From: the human T2T-CHM13v2.0 reference genome, Homo sapiens
Length of the DNA stretch: 64,000 nt
Strand: one strand, 5' to 3'
NCBI RefSeq assembly: GCF_009914755.1
Contig: NC_060941.1
The notes beneath the pieces are model-generated. The model was not told the origin of the DNA. It was given only the letters and a program-made list of their open reading frames with translations, and searched no databases. The position numbers were made by a program, and so were the translations under genes. Positions 58,506 to 64,000 of this stretch are shown here, piece after piece. Every line of letters starts with the position of its first letter. Position 1 is the stretch's first letter.

Positions 58506-59994
58506 GTCGATTGACTTTCCTTCTTCCATAAATTCATCTCCAAGGAGCTGAAGAACACCAAAGCCACCTCTTCTCTCTCGGTCTGGCCAGTCTTCATCTG
58601 TCAATTGGATTTTGTTTTCTTTTTTAGGCCACACTTTGAAAGGAGCCTTTGAATGTCAGTTCTCTAAGCCTTGAATATGCCCCTTGCCTAAATTATGCAA
58701 GTATCCTCTACCTTCCCCTCTTCAAAAAGGTTTGATGATTCCCAAGAGAATGTATCCCTTTGAGCTCCAAGCATCATCTCTCTCCTGTCACTCTCTTCCA
58801 TACATAGGTAAACACACACACATATACATATACACGTGTGTATATGTGTATATATCTCTCTTCATGTACATATGTACATAAATCTTGCCCACAATGTAAA
58901 GATGTAACATATTTAGTTAATTCTGCTTGTTACATCTAATTTATTCTGGGCTGTGATAACCCAACTGATCAAAATGTGAAAAAGTCAACACTACATATTT
59001 TATGGATCTTATTAGTTTTGGATCCATATGAATATCAAAGTTTTTTTTTAATAATTATTAGCCATTTAAATGAAGATGAACATCTTTAATAGTATATATA
59101 TCTGTCGGTTTACTCTTGTCACCTTACTGTCAGTTCAGAATGTGAGCCCAGACCTAGCATCGCTTTCCCCAGCTCCTAAAAATTACATGACTTTGCCGTC
59201 TTCATTCATTAGCCACCTGCGTACCTAGCCATACTATCAGTTCTTTCATTTTCTCTCCTAGCTTCACCTCCATTTTGGAAACCCATTCAACTACTCACAA
59301 CAGTATTGTATTATTATTTGGAATTGATGCAAGTCTGAAAAATTAAGCAATCCCATATTCTGGTAAAAATAGCATTACCAAATATTTATATACAAGAAAA
59401 TATTGGTATATTTAGGCAGAAAAAAATAGTCTACCCTAGATGATGTTTAGGGCACATGTAGGTACAATGGAGGATGAGGGGTAGGCAGGCTAGTGGAGCT
59501 GTTAGGCAGTGGGGAGCAGTTGAAAGCTTTTGAGTAGGGGAGCTGTATGAATAGACCTGAATGATGATACATGATTGACTTATTTGCAACGGTAATACTA
59601 CAAGCAGCAGGTGGAGCAGAAGGAGCAAGGAGACCCAGGAAGAGTCCAGGGGAGAAGTAGTAAGTGTAAAGTGGATTAGGGTAATGGTAACAGAAAGGAA
59701 AAGAGTAATACAGAGCCAGGAAACAACTCATGTGATGTAGGAAGAGAGAAGGGAAAAAGTCAGCTGACACTCTCAGTCCAATTTAAGTCAGGAGTAATAA
59801 GGATGGAGGGGAAATATGCTGAGTTCTAGAGGCCAAAAGATCATCCACGCAGAGGTGTCTATTCAGTCTGGAACCTGAAGAGAAGCCAGGGTCAGGTGCT
59901 CAGTCGGGATTGTTCTGCAAGAGGAATTAGAGTTGAAATTGTAGGAGTGAGTGAGTTTGCTAAGAGAGAAAGAATAGAGAGAAAAACAACATAA

Positions 59995-60368
<374 letters not shown>

Positions 60369-60631
60369 AAGAAATTTTAAGTGTAGTGTAGAATCTGGGG
60401 AGTCAAGGGAGAAGAGGATTTCCAGGAGGTGGTTATCAGAGTTGAATGCCGATCAGGGGAGTTAGGGGGATTTGTGATGAACATTATCCTTACAATCATC
60501 ACCCACATAACAATGATCACAAGAACAGCAACGACTACTACAGTACTACTGTTACTGTTGCTAATACTAAAAATATGTAGGAGGAAGTTGATTACTTCTA
60601 AGCATGTAGTTTTATTGGTTGATAGATGTAA

Positions 60632-61078
<447 letters not shown>

Positions 61079-62725
61079 AGCCCTATGCTTTTAAGAGTTC
61101 GATGGTTGAAAGAGACTGAGCGGGGAAGGTAGAGCGGGGCAGGGGAGGGACTACTTGGAGTCAAGTCAAAGTTTTAGGGAAAGACCTGAATCTGAAAAAG
61201 ATTATTTAACCTTTATGTGTCTGAAATACTATATTGTGCGAATTGTACCGTGAGACTCATCCACCATTTATAATAATGTTTCTGTTGGAAAATGTGTTCA
61301 AAGTTTCCATCTGGGATACAAGGAACACATCCTTCCTTGCAATAGTCTTGGTAGCGTAATCAATTCAAAATGTGGGGATAATAATGAAAATGAGAAAAGG
61401 AACCAGGAGACTATGAGGAAAAAAAACAACTGAAGTGCATGATGCTGTAGAGGGGCATTTCAGGGACAAAGGGGTTCCAAGGCCCTTGCTAGGAACAGGC
61501 TGGGGCAAGAAAGTGACAGGAATGGAAGGCTGGGAGTCATGCTTTCCTGACTACAGGTCTGGATTCTAGAAATCATTTATTATTGCCATCCCCTTTAAAT
61601 ATGAAATTGCATTTAGAACCTTCAGAAGCCAGGAGTCTGTAAACAATGGTGCAAACAATTCAAACCCGAAGACATTCTCAGCTGCAATAAAATTTCTATT
61701 TACATGTTCCATTTTTTAAAATTCCTAGAAAAATGCTACTTTTATGACTGGGCTCTCATTGGGAAATATAATTTGCTCAGCTAAATAAATCTGTATATTT
61801 CAGGACATGTAACCACATCACACTTACAAGTCTTTGCTATGAATTTAAAAAGGTTCCTTGCCCCTGGAAACAGCCTTTTAAAGGCTGTTGTGGGCCTCAC
61901 GCAAGTGGCTAGATGGGCGGTATTCAGCACACATGTCCTGTCTTTAATCTAGAATGATCTCACAAACACAAAAACAAGTCAGTCCCAGAAGAGAGAAGAT
62001 TCCGCCCCTCACCCACAAAAAATACTAGAAATAGGACAAAAATAAGGTTTTGAAACTTATTTGCTGGTTTTCAGAACTGCCATATTATGACGACTATCCT
62101 TAATACTTATCTTTTCTTTTGGTTGGTTTTTCCTCCCTAGCTTTTGAATCCTAGCTCTTCCTTCTGGTTCCAGGGCTTAACCAAAAGGCAGATATTTGAC
62201 ACTTGAACACGAAGTTCAGTGTCCAGCACAGTGGGCCTACTTTATGGATGCTATACAGTAAATACAAAGCACTGCTTTGCAAAATGTTTGTTTTTCTTCT
62301 CAAACCCTGTATCCCAAACTCTCACAGCTTTTGAGTTTTAATTTTCCCACTCATGATTTCTTGGAAAGCCAGCAGGTAGAGAATGTGTGCTCAAGTGAAG
62401 GCATGGGTGGCTGAAGGTGAAAATGTTTAAAAGGGTCCCTGACTTCTTGGCCAGGAAGAAATAAGCAACACAAAAGCAGGGAAGCCAACTGAACTGAACC
62501 GTCCACTGACAGTCATTTAAGGTGGTGGGCTCACTCATTAAAAACCAAATGGAACAACAAAAAAAATCCTGTACATTTTTTTTCTGATAACTTTTCTCTA
62601 TTAATATAAAATTTGACTTGTCTCTTCAACTATCCATATATAACTAAACAAAAGCACGGGGGCATAAAAGTGAAATTTTGCTATATTTTAACTGGAAGTT
62701 GCATTTACTATTTAAATTTCAATCA

Positions 62726-63043
<318 letters not shown>

Positions 63044-63909
63044 TTACTATTTTTTCTGTAGAATATAATCAATGATGGGGTTTTTGCAAAGTACCTCCTT
63101 CAACTCATCCCATTACAATACTATGTTTTCATGAGCCCCTTAATTTTAATGTCTATTTCAGTGGAAGTTCAATGAGTATCTCCTAAATTCTATTGACTTT
63201 ATTTTGGGAGGGTTTAGTTTAGCTTTCTTTCTTTTTGTGATCTATTTGTTTATGCTTATTGATAAAATCAAAGGGATTTTTATGTCATGAAATAATATGG
63301 CCTTAACATGGATGAAAGAAAAACTTGGATAAACATTACAAGAAGAAAGGAAAGGGAAATCCAACATTGCAGACCTTCTAGATAGTTTAGGGACTGACGA
63401 TTGAGAAGGGACAGACCAGAAAGTGTTCTTATCTTGGGGTTAAGCCTGTAAGTGTGATTGTTCTCTTAGCCCTAAAAATTTTGTCAGATGTTTCCACGTG
63501 AAACCTTCAGAGAAACACTATAAATAATTTGCATCAGAGAGAGGTAGAGAGAAAGGGAAAGAAAAGGCAAGTGGGAAAACAGATCTGAGGACTCACCCCC
63601 AAGCATGGAAAATCGAGGATGTGGGGATACTTAAGAAGTTAAATTTCTTGTTTTCTCTGCATATGTGTTGTCACATCACTGAAGAAAGAAAGTGCTTTCT
63701 GAAAGGAACTCTTTCTTGTTGCATGCCTTTCACACAACAGTGGGTTTACTTGACAGTGAACACTAGGCACGGGGCTCTGCTGTGAACAGCCCTGTTCTTG
63801 CCAGGATTAGGGGCCAGTGGGAGGTGCAACAGCACCCAGTCCGTTGCATCTGGCTCTACTACAGCAGGAGAACCAAAGGGCACAAGAGGTGAATAAAGAA
63901 TGGAACATT

Positions 63910-64000
63910 AGTCCGGGCGCAGGGGCTCATGCCTGTAATCCCAGCACTTTGGGAGGACCAGGCAGGCAGATCACTTGAGGTCAGGAGTTCCAGACCTGCC
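63910..64000 (+). mobile_element. Alu 5' end, cut by the window edge
   Basis: ccgggcgcaggggctcatgcctgtaatcccagcactttggg. Confidence 0.95.

Overview
This is primate (very likely human) non-coding euchromatic DNA, intronic or intergenic. I find no supportable protein-coding gene, structural RNA gene, CpG island or CRISPR-like array. Every listed ORF is short and is either Alu- or microsatellite-derived or random. Much of the window is recognisable interspersed repeat: about 25 Alu copies plus a FAM monomer, old L1M fragments, many L2 and MIR remnants, MaLR LTRs (THE1, MLT1) and DNA-transposon MITEs (MER58A, MER44A, MER5-like). The first ~390 bp look like the polyadenylated 3' end of a retrocopy or a 3' UTR. 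I found no evidence of a new multi-component biological system. The observations most worth following up are small-scale: repair-type templated insertions (5372-5420; 45233 vs 46312), perfect inverted repeats carrying transcription-factor motifs (23376-23416, 38767-38790), a ~390 bp mirror-repeat microsatellite that arose inside an Alu tail, repeat-poor motif-rich blocks that may be enhancers, and possible + strand lncRNA splice signals. Repeat family names come from my recall of consensus sequences, not a database search. Boundaries of old repeats are approximate.
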